DNA of 64,000 nt from Verrucomicrobiota bacterium (GTDB lineage: Bacteria > Verrucomicrobiota > Verrucomicrobiia > Chthoniobacterales > UBA10450): NCBI GenBank assembly GCA_003220005.1, contig QHRD01000002.1:647-64646 (forward strand), given 5' to 3'. Shown here piece by piece: positions 1 through 9,350 of this stretch. Each line of letters starts with the position of its first letter. Within the stretch, counting starts at the first letter, position 1. The position numbers and the translations under genes are program-made. The notes under the pieces were generated by a model. The model was not told the origin of the DNA. It worked only from the letters and a program-made list of their open reading frames with translations, and did no database searches.

Positions 1-100
1 GCTCTAGCAATGCGCGCAGGTCCTCGGTTGGCATTCCTGTTCGCGGTGCGCGAACGAACAAGACAGACGGCGAAGTTTGTGGAGAGCTTGCGGGAAAACG

Positions 101-868
101 TTATTCAGATGCAGCCAGGGCTGCGCAGAGATAGCGCAATTCGTCGTCAATCTGATTAGCTCCGCCTACGGTTTGGGCGACCTCTTCGCGAAGCAGATTG
201 CGGTATCGGTCACGCAACCGGTGTACGAGATTTTTCACTGCCGTTTCCTGAAGGCCGAGTATCCGGGCAAATGTCGCGTACGATATATCTTCCCGCTCCG
301 CAGCGAGGCAACCACTCAAGACATCAAAGATGCGGCGTCTGCCGCGCTTTTCACACTCGTCGCCCAATCGGCGCAGGGCTCGCTCGACCACTGTCGCCGC
401 CCAGCGCACGTCGAAAATTCTTTCTGGCGACCAGTTGTCCGATTCCCACTGTGGAATCGACAAGTGCGATGGCGCCTCCGCCATCCAATCATCCCAGGAA
501 ACGAAACGGAGGTCCCCGCCACGTTTGCGCGCAGAACGCTTGTCGACTTCGTCGTGCAGGAAACGCTGCAACACCTTGAGCAGAAGTGACCGGAACCTTC
601 CTCTGCTTCGATCAGCAGACTGAAGGAGACGGCCTTTGAGTAATCTGGCGAAAAAGTCCTGGGTCAAATCTTGCGCGTCGGGAACGGAGTGACCCTCGCG
701 GCAGATGAAAGCGAAAACGGGTCGCCAGTAAATCTTGCAAAGCTCGGCTAGTGCAGCCTGCGCCTCCGCCTCATCGCTCCCGTGATCCGAACACGACAAA
801 ACGATGCTCCAGCGTGTTGTCGTAAACTGCGCCTGGTAGCCGCCGTCATGGGGGGTGTCCCGTTTCAC
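101..868 (-). CDS. ECF-type sigma-70 family RNA polymerase sigma factor
   Basis: 255-aa ORF. It has the N-terminal TTRWSIV motif, a region-2-like segment YWRPVFAFICREGHSVPDAQDLTQDFF, and a C-terminal HTH-like segment ATFARILGLQETAVKNLVHRLRDRY. Confidence 0.75.
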   Translation of the reverse strand: MKRDTPHDGGYQAQFTTTRWSIVLSCSDHGSDEAEAQAALAELCKIYWRPVFAFICREGHSVPDAQDLTQDFFARLLKGRLLQSADRSRGRFRSLLLKVLQRFLHDEVDKRSARKRGGDLRFVSWDDWMAEAPSHLSIPQWESDNWSPERIFDVRWAATVVERALRRLGDECEKRGRRRIFDVLSGCLAAEREDISYATFARILGLQETAVKNLVHRLRDRYRNLLREEVAQTVGGANQIDDELRYLCAALAASE

Positions 869-1139
869 CGTCGCCCATCATCTCATTGGTGCGATTGTTA
901 CGCAAGCCCGGTGATAAGGTCTGCTGTTAGAGACTGCACCGTAGAGAGATGTGCGACGGTCTTGGAAGGGATTGAGGTCAGATTTCCAACTTTTTTTGAA
1001 ACTTCGCCCCGAAAAATCCGAAGAAGAGATAGTGACTAGTAATAACCAAAGCCTAACGCTTAACCCAGCATTAAGGGCTCCGCGGGAAACTGCGGAGCCC
1101 TACTTGGGCTTCGCAAACCTAACCACAGATAAAACACTA

Positions 1140-1961
1140 ATGGAGACGAACCCTGAGATCGAGGGGATTGAGTCGGAGGTTGAAGGCCGGTCGTTTTCGC
1201 TCTTTCGGTATTCCGAAAGTGCTGGTGAAGAACCGGCAAAAATACGAATCTTCGTGCTGGACGCGCAACCGCTGCTCCGTCAAGGCATCAGCACATATCT
1301 CAATTCGCAGCCGGACATGGTGGTGTGCGGGGAAGCGGGCAGCGTGCCGGACGCACAGAGAAAGATAGCCGAATGCCAGCCGCAGTTCGTGGTGACTGCG
1401 TTGCGGCTCGGCGCGGGGGACAGCCTAAAATTGATCAAGGAGCTAAAAACGCAAAACCCACGGCTGTGCGTCTTGGTGTACTCCGCGTTTGAGGAAAATA
1501 TTTTCGCCGAGCGCGCCATACGCGCTGGCGCGAACGGTTACGTCATGAAACAGGCGGCCAGCGAAAAGCTTGCAGCCGCTGTTCGCGAGATTATGAAGGG
1601 CGGCATTTACGTGAGCCGGGAATTGGCCCTGAGCGCATTCCGCAAATCGCTTCAACGGAACCGGAAAAATAATCACATGCTGAGATCAGGTAATTGTCTT
1701 GGAGAGTTGTCCAACCGCGAAATGCACATTTTTCAGTTGCTCGGCTCGGGGCTTGGCACCAAGCAGATCGCGGCCTCGTTGGATTTGAGCGTGAAAACAA
1801 TCGAGAGCCACCGGGAAAACATCAAACATAAGCTGCGTCTGCGCTCCAGTGGGGAAGTGCGCGAGCGCGCGACCAAATGGGTAGAGCAAAGCCTCAGCGG
1901 CGAAGACAATATTTGCCCCACGCGATCCCCGACCAAAGCCGCTGTCGGTCGTGGCGGTTAG
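1140..1961 (+). CDS. LuxR/NarL-family response regulator (REC + HTH_LuxR)
   Basis: The ORF spans 951..1961. The receiver core reads KIRIFVLDAQPLLRQG..MVVCGEA..LVYSAF. The C-terminal part reads LSNREMHIFQLLGSGLGTKQIAASLDLSVKTIESHRENIKHKL. I chose the ATG at 1140, but the start is uncertain. Confidence 0.85.
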   Translation: METNPEIEGIESEVEGRSFSLFRYSESAGEEPAKIRIFVLDAQPLLRQGISTYLNSQPDMVVCGEAGSVPDAQRKIAECQPQFVVTALRLGAGDSLKLIKELKTQNPRLCVLVYSAFEENIFAERAIRAGANGYVMKQAASEKLAAAVREIMKGGIYVSRELALSAFRKSLQRNRKNNHMLRSGNCLGELSNREMHIFQLLGSGLGTKQIAASLDLSVKTIESHRENIKHKLRLRSSGEVRERATKWVEQSLSGEDNICPTRSPTKAAVGRGG

Positions 1962-1993
1962 ACGGGAAACGTAAAAAATTGCTAGCTGCGCGG

Positions 1994-2029
1994 GGGCTTC
2001 GCGGGCAACCGCGGGGCCCTCGTTTTTTC
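1994..2029 (+). terminator. putative Rho-independent terminator after the response regulator gene
   Basis: A GC-rich imperfect hairpin gggcttcgcggg/ccgcggggccc is followed by a T6 tract (tcgttttttc). Confidence 0.45.
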
Positions 2030-2413
2030 TAATGGCAGTCCACTCCCTGCCACGTCGTAAACTGATCAAAGCGCGTGGACCATGCGCTCGCTTCGCGAGC
2101 CCCTAACCCAAACACCGGCTGGAAGCTCTGACAACGTGATTACTGCATTGCTCGAGCAACGGCGATTTTTTCCAGCAATTCCCGAGTGATCTGAACTATA
2201 AAGGCGAAGCTCATATTTAGAACCTGTCTCCATCCAATTCGCTGGAGCGGAGCCTCGGCTGCCCGTCTGTAAAGGGCATTTCCTGGCCTCCGTCTATCGA
2301 GACGAAGACGACCTGCTACGATCAAAGTCCTCCCAATGGCTTCTTATTAGCTCGTTCCTTTTTAGTGTGAGGAACCGCCGGACACGGCGGCATTTTGTTC
2401 CGATGGATCTCTT

Positions 2414-3403
2414 TCACGGTGCCTCTGCACCGACAATCATTCGTTGATTTCCCTCTTTCAGTGGTACATGACATGATGTGTTTTTGGGGCCGGCCAGAGT
2501 TCTTACAAACTGGACCCGTTCATCAAACACGACCTCTATTTCGTCGATAGCTGCTGGCGAAACCTCGACCGGTTGTGAACTTTCTTCGACTTCGGCGCAA
2601 AGCTGCAAAGCCCGCTCTACGAGGATCGGATCGGTTTTGGTGCGGTCAATTTCAAAATCATCGGGAACATTCGAACTGTTGATTCGTTGCGCGAGCGGGT
2701 TCAGACATTGAGAAGCGAATGGTTCATCCAGAAAACTGAAGAGTGACCGTAGCGTTTCGTCTGTGTTGGCAACCAGATCGCGATGCCGTAGCCGAAAGAT
2801 AACCTGAGGTCCGTAAGCGCGTTCAGCCAAAAGACAGCTGCTAACAGTCCTCAGCCAGTAAGTATATGCCTCCCGCTCGTTGGCGACTAAGCTCTCCCCC
2901 TTTAGGCGATGGAAGTGTAGCATCGATCGAACCACCGAGGTTACGTCTCGGAACATGTGAATGAATCGCACTTCGGGAAAAAGTTTGCGTAGGCCGCAAA
3001 TATGGAAGGAATACTCCGGGGTGCCATCGACCCATCGTGTCTTTGGATCCAATGTCAGGTTGGATTTTGTTCTAGGCCCGATCACCGCGTCTGGTCCTGC
3101 CGCGCGTTGCCACCGCTTTATGTTCAGGTCAACGCGGTGACGCAGGATTAGGTCGTTAATGCTCTTGCCAAAGATGGAGAAAAATTCCTCCTTCTTCACA
3201 TCCATAGAACTCAAAAGGGAGAAGTCACCGCGCGCAGTTCCAATTTGATAGCAAATAGCTAGTTCAATGGCCAGGTCTCCCATCCAGCCAGATTCTTCGA
3301 CCGCAATAATGTTCGGATGCTGACCCAGGCACCACGTCAGAATACTTGTTCCAGACCGAGGCGACCCAACTACAAAAATTGGTTTGTTTAGTCCGTCTTC
3401 CAT
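2414..3403 (-). CDS. sulfotransferase family protein (tandem paralog 1 of 3)
   Basis: 329 aa. The N-terminal PAPS-binding-loop-like motif is KPIFVVGSPRSGTSILTWCLGQHPN. It is collinear with the two upstream paralogs. Confidence 0.8.
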   Translation of the reverse strand: MEDGLNKPIFVVGSPRSGTSILTWCLGQHPNIIAVEESGWMGDLAIELAICYQIGTARGDFSLLSSMDVKKEEFFSIFGKSINDLILRHRVDLNIKRWQRAAGPDAVIGPRTKSNLTLDPKTRWVDGTPEYSFHICGLRKLFPEVRFIHMFRDVTSVVRSMLHFHRLKGESLVANEREAYTYWLRTVSSCLLAERAYGPQVIFRLRHRDLVANTDETLRSLFSFLDEPFASQCLNPLAQRINSSNVPDDFEIDRTKTDPILVERALQLCAEVEESSQPVEVSPAAIDEIEVVFDERVQFVRTLAGPKNTSCHVPLKEGNQRMIVGAEAP

Positions 3404-3502
3404 TGCAGCGGGGCTATCTGAGGTGCAGTGCCATCTTGCGTATTTAGCTTGCGTTCGCGAGTTTGATGCCAGGCCTTGTATTGTCGCTCTTGAGGTGTTC
3501 AG

Positions 3503-4540
3503 TTACGGCTTGCGCGACAAAGAGGAATTCGCGATAGGCAGCATTGCTTCAATCGCGGCGTCCGAAGGCAGGTCTGACTTTTTCAACGTGTCGATTATCT
3601 GCCGGGCCTTTTGGTACGCCTTGTGTGCGGATGCCACATACTTGACCCGCTCTCGAAAGGCAGCCTCCATTTCATCGGCCGCGGTGCTCGAAGCCTTAGC
3701 TGCCTGGGGAGTCTCTTCTATTTCAGCACAAAGCTGCGTCGCCTCTTTGACCACCGCCGGATTGGTGGTTGAATCTTCGGCGTTAAAATTGGGCGACACA
3801 TTGGAACTGTTGATGCGTTGCTTCAACGGCCTGAGACATCTGGTGGTATAAGGCTCCGCGAGGAAATCAAGTAACGAACGCATTGCTGATTCAGGAGTAT
3901 CGACCAAGTCCGCGTATCGGATACGATGCACCACACTTGGGCCATAGGCCTGCTCCGCTTTGACGCAGGCCCTGACGGTTCGGAGCCAATACCGGTAACC
4001 CTCTTCTTCGTTTCGAACCAATTGAGTACCCGCTACGCGATAAAAATTGAGCATCGAGCACACCACAGCGCGGACATCGCGAAGAATATGCACGAAGCGG
4101 GCATCCGGGAAAAGCTTGCGCAAACCAAAAATGTGCAAGGAATATTCTGGCGTTCCATCGACCCAGCGTTTTTTGGGCCCGGAGACTGCGCTAGTCGCCT
4201 CCAGCCAACGCCGGTCCAAATTTAATTCAACACACCGGGTTTCGCGCTTCTTTTCCAGATCCTTCTGGTGTCGCATGATTAACTCGTTGATCGTGCGACC
4301 AAATGCGGCAAACACTTCATCATCTTGGACGTCCATCGCGCTCAAGATCGAATAATCACCGCGAGCGGAGCCGATTTGATAAGCAATACCGAGATTGACC
4401 GCAAAGTCGCCCATCCAGTTAGATTCTGGCACCGGGAACATGTTCGGGTGGTGACCTAGACACCAAGAGAGAATGCTGGTTCCGGAGCGTGGCGAACCCA
4501 CGACGAAAATTGGTTTGTTCAATTGTTTGTGCATTTCCAT
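3503..4540 (-). CDS. sulfotransferase family protein (tandem paralog 2 of 3)
   Basis: 345 aa. It has KPIFVVGSPRSGTSILSWCLGHHPN and shares RWVDGTPEYS..GLRKLFPDARF..RDV..VV.SMLNF with its neighbours. Confidence 0.8.
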   Translation of the reverse strand: MEMHKQLNKPIFVVGSPRSGTSILSWCLGHHPNMFPVPESNWMGDFAVNLGIAYQIGSARGDYSILSAMDVQDDEVFAAFGRTINELIMRHQKDLEKKRETRCVELNLDRRWLEATSAVSGPKKRWVDGTPEYSLHIFGLRKLFPDARFVHILRDVRAVVCSMLNFYRVAGTQLVRNEEEGYRYWLRTVRACVKAEQAYGPSVVHRIRYADLVDTPESAMRSLLDFLAEPYTTRCLRPLKQRINSSNVSPNFNAEDSTTNPAVVKEATQLCAEIEETPQAAKASSTAADEMEAAFRERVKYVASAHKAYQKARQIIDTLKKSDLPSDAAIEAMLPIANSSLSRKP

Positions 4541-4558
4541 GAGGACGCCCGTAGTAAC

Positions 4559-5614
4559 TCAAGGAACTGCATCCTGACCGAAAACGAATTGGCGTAATTT
4601 ATGACGCCAACGTCGCGCTTGAAGGGCGCGAATAGTGGCTCTCTTGCGTTGGACTTCGTTTGCGAGTCTTTGTGCTCGAGCGTGCGCCTTGGCATACTCA
4701 GTGCGAAGGATTGCTACTTGATTGATTGGCGCATTGAAGGTGGCTTCTATTTCGTCAATGGCAATCGTTGAGATCGCAGACGGTTGTGGAGCTGTTTCAA
4801 TCTTCGCATACAGTCGCGTGGCTCGTTCGATAACCAAGGGGTCAGTGCCGGATTCACCAAGTTTGAAATTAGCAGGGACATTTGAACTGTTAATTCTCTT
4901 TCTGAGAGGAATTAGGCATTCCGGAGCATATGGTTCTCCGAGGAAATTCAGCAAAGCCCGCAAGGAACCCTCGGGTTGATCTACAAGCTCGGAATATCTC
5001 AATCGGAACATCACCTCCGGACCGTAGGCCTGTTCGGCCAAAAGACACGCGCTCACTGCGCGGAACCAATAATCGTATGCTTCCTGCTCATTCCCGACCA
5101 GGCTCACGCCGGCAAGGCGGTGAAAGTTGAGCATCGACCGTACGACGGAAGTGACGTCGCGTACGATGTGAATGAACCGCGCATCGGGAAAGAGCTTACG
5201 CAGGCCGCAGATGTGAAACGAATACAATGGTGTCCCATCCACCCAGCGCGTTTTCGAGACACTAATGGATTGCTCTGTTACGAAACTGGCGTGCGCAGCA
5301 TTTGGGCCCGCAGCCTCTTCCCATCGTCGTCTCTCCAGATCAACCTTATGGCGCAAGATGATTTCATTGATGGTCTGGCCAAAGGCGGCAAAGAATTCCT
5401 CTTGTTGCACATTCATCGCGGTCCATAGCGAGTCAGGCTGCAGACCCGTTTTGGTCTGATAGCAAACCGCGAGCGCAAGCGCCAACTCTCCAATTCCAGT
5501 GGACTCATTCACCGGAAAAATGTTTGGATGCTGACCCAGGCACCATGTCAGAATACTGGTTCCGGAGCGTGGCGAGCCCACCACAAAAATTGGTTTGTTT
5601 ACGCGCTCCTGCAT
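4559..5614 (-). CDS. sulfotransferase family protein (tandem paralog 3 of 3)
   Basis: 351 aa. It has KPIFVVGSPRSGTSILTWCLGQHPN, the same conserved core, and a longer basic/coiled C-terminal tail. Confidence 0.8.
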   Translation of the reverse strand: MQERVNKPIFVVGSPRSGTSILTWCLGQHPNIFPVNESTGIGELALALAVCYQTKTGLQPDSLWTAMNVQQEEFFAAFGQTINEIILRHKVDLERRRWEEAAGPNAAHASFVTEQSISVSKTRWVDGTPLYSFHICGLRKLFPDARFIHIVRDVTSVVRSMLNFHRLAGVSLVGNEQEAYDYWFRAVSACLLAEQAYGPEVMFRLRYSELVDQPEGSLRALLNFLGEPYAPECLIPLRKRINSSNVPANFKLGESGTDPLVIERATRLYAKIETAPQPSAISTIAIDEIEATFNAPINQVAILRTEYAKAHARAQRLANEVQRKRATIRALQARRWRHKLRQFVFGQDAVP

Positions 5615-5623
5615 TTCAGTATC

Positions 5624-6889
5624 TCAATCTGTCTTCCCTAATCGCCTGCGCATCCAAAAGCTTCCGCCGCCCCAAGAGGCGAGGTTTGGAAAGGCAGCTT
5701 TAAGATCCCCTTGATGGCAATAGTTGAGGTAGCTGTTTGCCATCAACACCTCGAATTCAGAGTTAAACATAAGAAATGCCTGTAGCAGGTATTGCTCAGT
5801 CCAAAAACGAAATTCTTCTAGTACCCAATCACGTCTGTACTCGAAGGGTAGGAAAATGTCGTGCACATGTACAATGACGCCTGGCTTGAGACGCGGTAGC
5901 ACCTCCAAAAACATATAATTGACGTCTCCACCAATTTTCACCGTATGCGAACTGTCGATGAACAAGATGTCGCCCGGTTCAAGCTGCGCGAAAAAATTCA
6001 CGTCAACATCCTGAACTTTTTTCGTGACCAGGTACTTTAAACCAGGAAAACCTTTGGATAGGACGTCGGACGGGAATGGCTCGATGCAGACTAGCGAGCA
6101 GCGATCGTTTTTAGCTGCCGCTTCGCCCATAATTAGGGACGAATAGCCGCTGCCAACTTCAATAATTAATCTCGGCTGAAAATAGCGCACTATGCAGTAG
6201 GCCACCAATGCATCTACTCCGTCAAAAAGATCGTTATTCAGATGAAAACGGCTCCCTTCGCTCGTTTGCCTTGTTGAAAAAGATTCATATTCGTCGCGAA
6301 AATTCGGAAAATGGCTTCGCAGCAAGTCCAGCTGTAGGCGATCGTTCATTTCTATGCCGACGAGCTTGCTTGGTTCATGCCATAGCGTTTCGGGAAGCGA
6401 CTGGGTATCCGGAAGAGGTTGATAAAAATGCACCGGCGTCACGTGAAAACCATGTCGCTCCCAAATCGGAAACATCTCGCGGAGTTTCCCGGTTTGCACG
6501 AATCGCGGGACAGTTACAGCAATAAACCTTGACAATGCCGTATCGACATTTCCAGACATCACTTCAGCGGCGAGTTCGCGCAGAACGGCTTCGGCAGAAT
6601 CGACCTCGCGTGTGACCTTAACAGTAGCAATCGGCAGGTCGGGCTGGCTTGCAGCGTAAAGACGAAACTCATACGCTGTTGAATGCGCGATCCAAGGAAT
6701 TTTCGTACTCCCAGATCGGCCCCGACTAACGAGTTGTTCATGATCGCGCGAAGTTGACACACGCAGTTCCGCTCCAGCTTCATCGCTGGCATCCCACGAA
6801 ATCACAACGTGCTCTTCGCCAAAAGGAACCGGGTTGGGTGCCGCGGTGATTTTCCCGGTGATTTGTAAGGGTGGCTTCGAGTAACTCAC
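5624..6889 (-). CDS. class I SAM-dependent methyltransferase (Methyltransf_24/CmcI-like core) with an N-terminal beta-sandwich-like domain
   Basis: The SAM-fold motifs are IIEVGSGYSSLIMG and LFIDSSHTVKIGGDVNYMFLEVLPRLKPGVIVHVHDIF. The ORF runs to 7078. The alternative ATG at 6982 would overlap the upstream gene by 65 nt, so I chose the GTG at 6889. The start remains uncertain. Confidence 0.7.
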   Translation of the reverse strand: MSYSKPPLQITGKITAAPNPVPFGEEHVVISWDASDEAGAELRVSTSRDHEQLVSRGRSGSTKIPWIAHSTAYEFRLYAASQPDLPIATVKVTREVDSAEAVLRELAAEVMSGNVDTALSRFIAVTVPRFVQTGKLREMFPIWERHGFHVTPVHFYQPLPDTQSLPETLWHEPSKLVGIEMNDRLQLDLLRSHFPNFRDEYESFSTRQTSEGSRFHLNNDLFDGVDALVAYCIVRYFQPRLIIEVGSGYSSLIMGEAAAKNDRCSLVCIEPFPSDVLSKGFPGLKYLVTKKVQDVDVNFFAQLEPGDILFIDSSHTVKIGGDVNYMFLEVLPRLKPGVIVHVHDIFLPFEYRRDWVLEEFRFWTEQYLLQAFLMFNSEFEVLMANSYLNYCHQGDLKAAFPNLASWGGGSFWMRRRLGKTD

Positions 6890-6917
6890 TGGTAAGAACC
6901 GAGGATCGGCTTGGCTG

Positions 6918-9350
6918 CTAGCAGACTCTCGGCTGAGTGTCTCCGTCGCTAAACAAAGACTCCAGCTTTTTACGGGCCGCATCGTTCGAATACAGGGCAC
7001 GTGTTTTCCGGATGCCGTTTTCAGAAATCCGAGTCCAAAGTTCTTCCGATTCGTACAGCTCGATAAGTGCCGCTGCAAAATCCTCCGGTTCGTCGGCTAC
7101 CAAAATGTCCTCGCGGTCCTCCAGTTCCATACCTTCCACCGCCAGAGAGGTAGCTACCACGGGTACGCCAAAGGCCATGCTTTGATTAATCTTGCCTTTC
7201 ACACCGGCGCCAAATCGTAGCGGTGCAACCGACAGTTTCACGCTATCGAAAAACGGACCCACATCCCGCTGTAACCCAGCGACGATGATTCTTTCGGTTG
7301 CCAGAGCAGTAATTTCCGGCGGCGGCTTGTCCCCGACGATGTAAAATTTCGCCTCGGGCAGATGTTCACTTACTAGAGGATAAATCTCCCGCACAAAAAA
7401 CAGGACCGCATCAGCGTTTGGTCTGTGTTGGAACCCACCGATGAAAAGAAAGTCTGCCCGAAGGGCAAACGGCGTCTTCGAGCCGGGGACATCGACAATA
7501 TTTGAAACCAGTTGAATGGATTTGCCGGGCCATTTCTCCTGGAGCAGCCGTTGTTCGACGGGGCTAACCACCCAGGTCTCATCAGCTTGCTCGATCAATG
7601 CATGTTCCAACTCCTCTTTCTCCTGTGCCTTTCGACGCACTTCAGGGTCGCCAGTTAACCGCGCCTCGCCATCTTCGCGGAGGTGATGGAGATCAACCGT
7701 ATCAAAAATAACGCGACTTCCTGGCGCATGCAGTCGAGCATCCGCGATATGTTTGTGCGCGAAATCGCACCGGCTCAGTATGACGGCGTCGAAGTGGGCG
7801 CCGTGCGATGCGAGATAGTCGCCCACTTTCTTGATATACGGATGGTAAACAACTTCAATCCCGCGTTTCTGTAGCTCGTCGGTGTAAGGGTGAATTTTTG
7901 CCAGATTATCGGGAATGAACGTTACATGATGACCAAGCCGTCGAAGGATCTTGAGGATTTGGAACATTCGCAGCGATCCCGAATCCTGATCCGGTTTTGG
8001 AACGTAGTGGTCGATGACCAAAATGTTTTTCCCCAATGGAGTTCGCGGTTGCGACAGAAATGCGACGTCGCCATGGGCCGGTTTGGTTATCAGTTCAGCG
8101 GCCCATTTTTCAGCAAATTTCGAGCGATTAATCGTCTGATGTTTTTTTGTACCACTTGAAAGATCGGTTCCTCCCGTGGCTCCCTCGTAGTGGATGACCT
8201 CGCTGAGCGGCTGATACAGTACTTTATACCCGGCGTCGCGCACTTTGAACGCCAGATCGGTGTCCTCGTAGTAGGCCGGTGCGTACCGTGGATCGAATCC
8301 GTTTAAGCTTTGAAATAGCGCCTTTGGAATCATTAAGGCCGCTGCCGAACAATAATCTACTGCGCGCAGATAATTGTATTCAGGTTTTTCTGGATCATCG
8401 CCATTGCCATAATTCCACCCGGAAGCATCTCGCCAGATTATTCCGCCAGCTTCCTGTAAGCGGCCATCTGGATAAACAAGTTTCGCGCCCACGATGCCAG
8501 CTTGTGGCTCTCTTACAAACGTATCCACCAGCGCGCTCAGCCAGCCATCGGTAACAAGCGTGTCGTTATTCAGGAAAACGAGATAGTTGCCGCGCGCGTT
8601 TTTTGCGCCGCGGTTGCAGGAAGCGACAAATCCGGAATTCGTCTCGTTACGAAGATAAATAACCCCCGGCATTTGCGAAACGCCCTTTGCGGTGCCGTCC
8701 GTTGAGCAATCATCCACAACAATCACTTCAAAAAGCTCCGTTCCCTGATGATCCTGGAGCGAAGCCAAACACGCCTGCGTGAAACGAAACTGATTGAACA
8801 CCGGAATGATGATTGAAACTTCAACCTCCTCGTGAGCTGGAAATTCAATCGTGCGCGTTGGCACCGGAGGTTCAACACGCGCCATTCTTTTCCTATGGAC
8901 TGGAAGAGCGCCTGAAATCAACGCTTGGATTTCATCATCAATTGTAACAACCTCGGGGTGGGTCGCTCGCCACTTTTGATAAGCCGCGATAATCTTCTCC
9001 AAATGCCCATAGCCTAACAAGTCCTGCGACTGCTGCGGACAAAGTTTTGCTTTTACGGCAGCAATCGGATTCGCCATTTGCCAGCGCGCCGAAGAGCGAA
9101 GCCGGGCCGCAGCGGCCTCGGCATCGTCCAGGAGGCGGGCAAGCCTCTTGGCAGTCTGCAACTGCTTTCGCAGCCGGTTTCGCAAGTCTTCCTCTCGCGC
9201 TTCGCTCTCCGCTAGACTAATGCTTCTATCGCGAAGAAGTTGATTCGTCTGCTCAAGATGGGCGCTGAGTTCTTGAAGGTGGGTGCTAAGTTCTTCGACT
9301 TCTTTCTTGTGCCGGCTGGATATGTGCAATCCTTTCCGGAACGAAGGCAT
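6918..9350 (-). CDS. fused glycosyltransferase: N-terminal coiled coil + GT2 domain + C-terminal GT4/GT1-like domain
   Basis: 810 aa. The GT2 part reads VSIIIPVFNQ..VIVVDDCSTDGT..FLNNDT. The GT4-like part reads FLFIGGF..KFYIVGDKPP..APLRFGAGVKGKINQSMAFGVPVV. The ATG at 9350 overlaps the upstream stop by 65 nt, and a TTG at 9329 is an alternative start. Confidence 0.85.
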   Translation of the reverse strand: MPSFRKGLHISSRHKKEVEELSTHLQELSAHLEQTNQLLRDRSISLAESEAREEDLRNRLRKQLQTAKRLARLLDDAEAAAARLRSSARWQMANPIAAVKAKLCPQQSQDLLGYGHLEKIIAAYQKWRATHPEVVTIDDEIQALISGALPVHRKRMARVEPPVPTRTIEFPAHEEVEVSIIIPVFNQFRFTQACLASLQDHQGTELFEVIVVDDCSTDGTAKGVSQMPGVIYLRNETNSGFVASCNRGAKNARGNYLVFLNNDTLVTDGWLSALVDTFVREPQAGIVGAKLVYPDGRLQEAGGIIWRDASGWNYGNGDDPEKPEYNYLRAVDYCSAAALMIPKALFQSLNGFDPRYAPAYYEDTDLAFKVRDAGYKVLYQPLSEVIHYEGATGGTDLSSGTKKHQTINRSKFAEKWAAELITKPAHGDVAFLSQPRTPLGKNILVIDHYVPKPDQDSGSLRMFQILKILRRLGHHVTFIPDNLAKIHPYTDELQKRGIEVVYHPYIKKVGDYLASHGAHFDAVILSRCDFAHKHIADARLHAPGSRVIFDTVDLHHLREDGEARLTGDPEVRRKAQEKEELEHALIEQADETWVVSPVEQRLLQEKWPGKSIQLVSNIVDVPGSKTPFALRADFLFIGGFQHRPNADAVLFFVREIYPLVSEHLPEAKFYIVGDKPPPEITALATERIIVAGLQRDVGPFFDSVKLSVAPLRFGAGVKGKINQSMAFGVPVVATSLAVEGMELEDREDILVADEPEDFAAALIELYESEELWTRISENGIRKTRALYSNDAARKKLESLFSDGDTQPRVC

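Noticed and set aside
2140-2325. A 61-aa ORF in the 450-bp spacer between the response regulator and the sulfotransferase array.
   Set aside because: It has no RBS, no motif and a basic low-complexity composition. The spacer more plausibly holds terminators, including a second hairpin ccgccggacacggcgg followed by cattttgtt at about 2380-2403.
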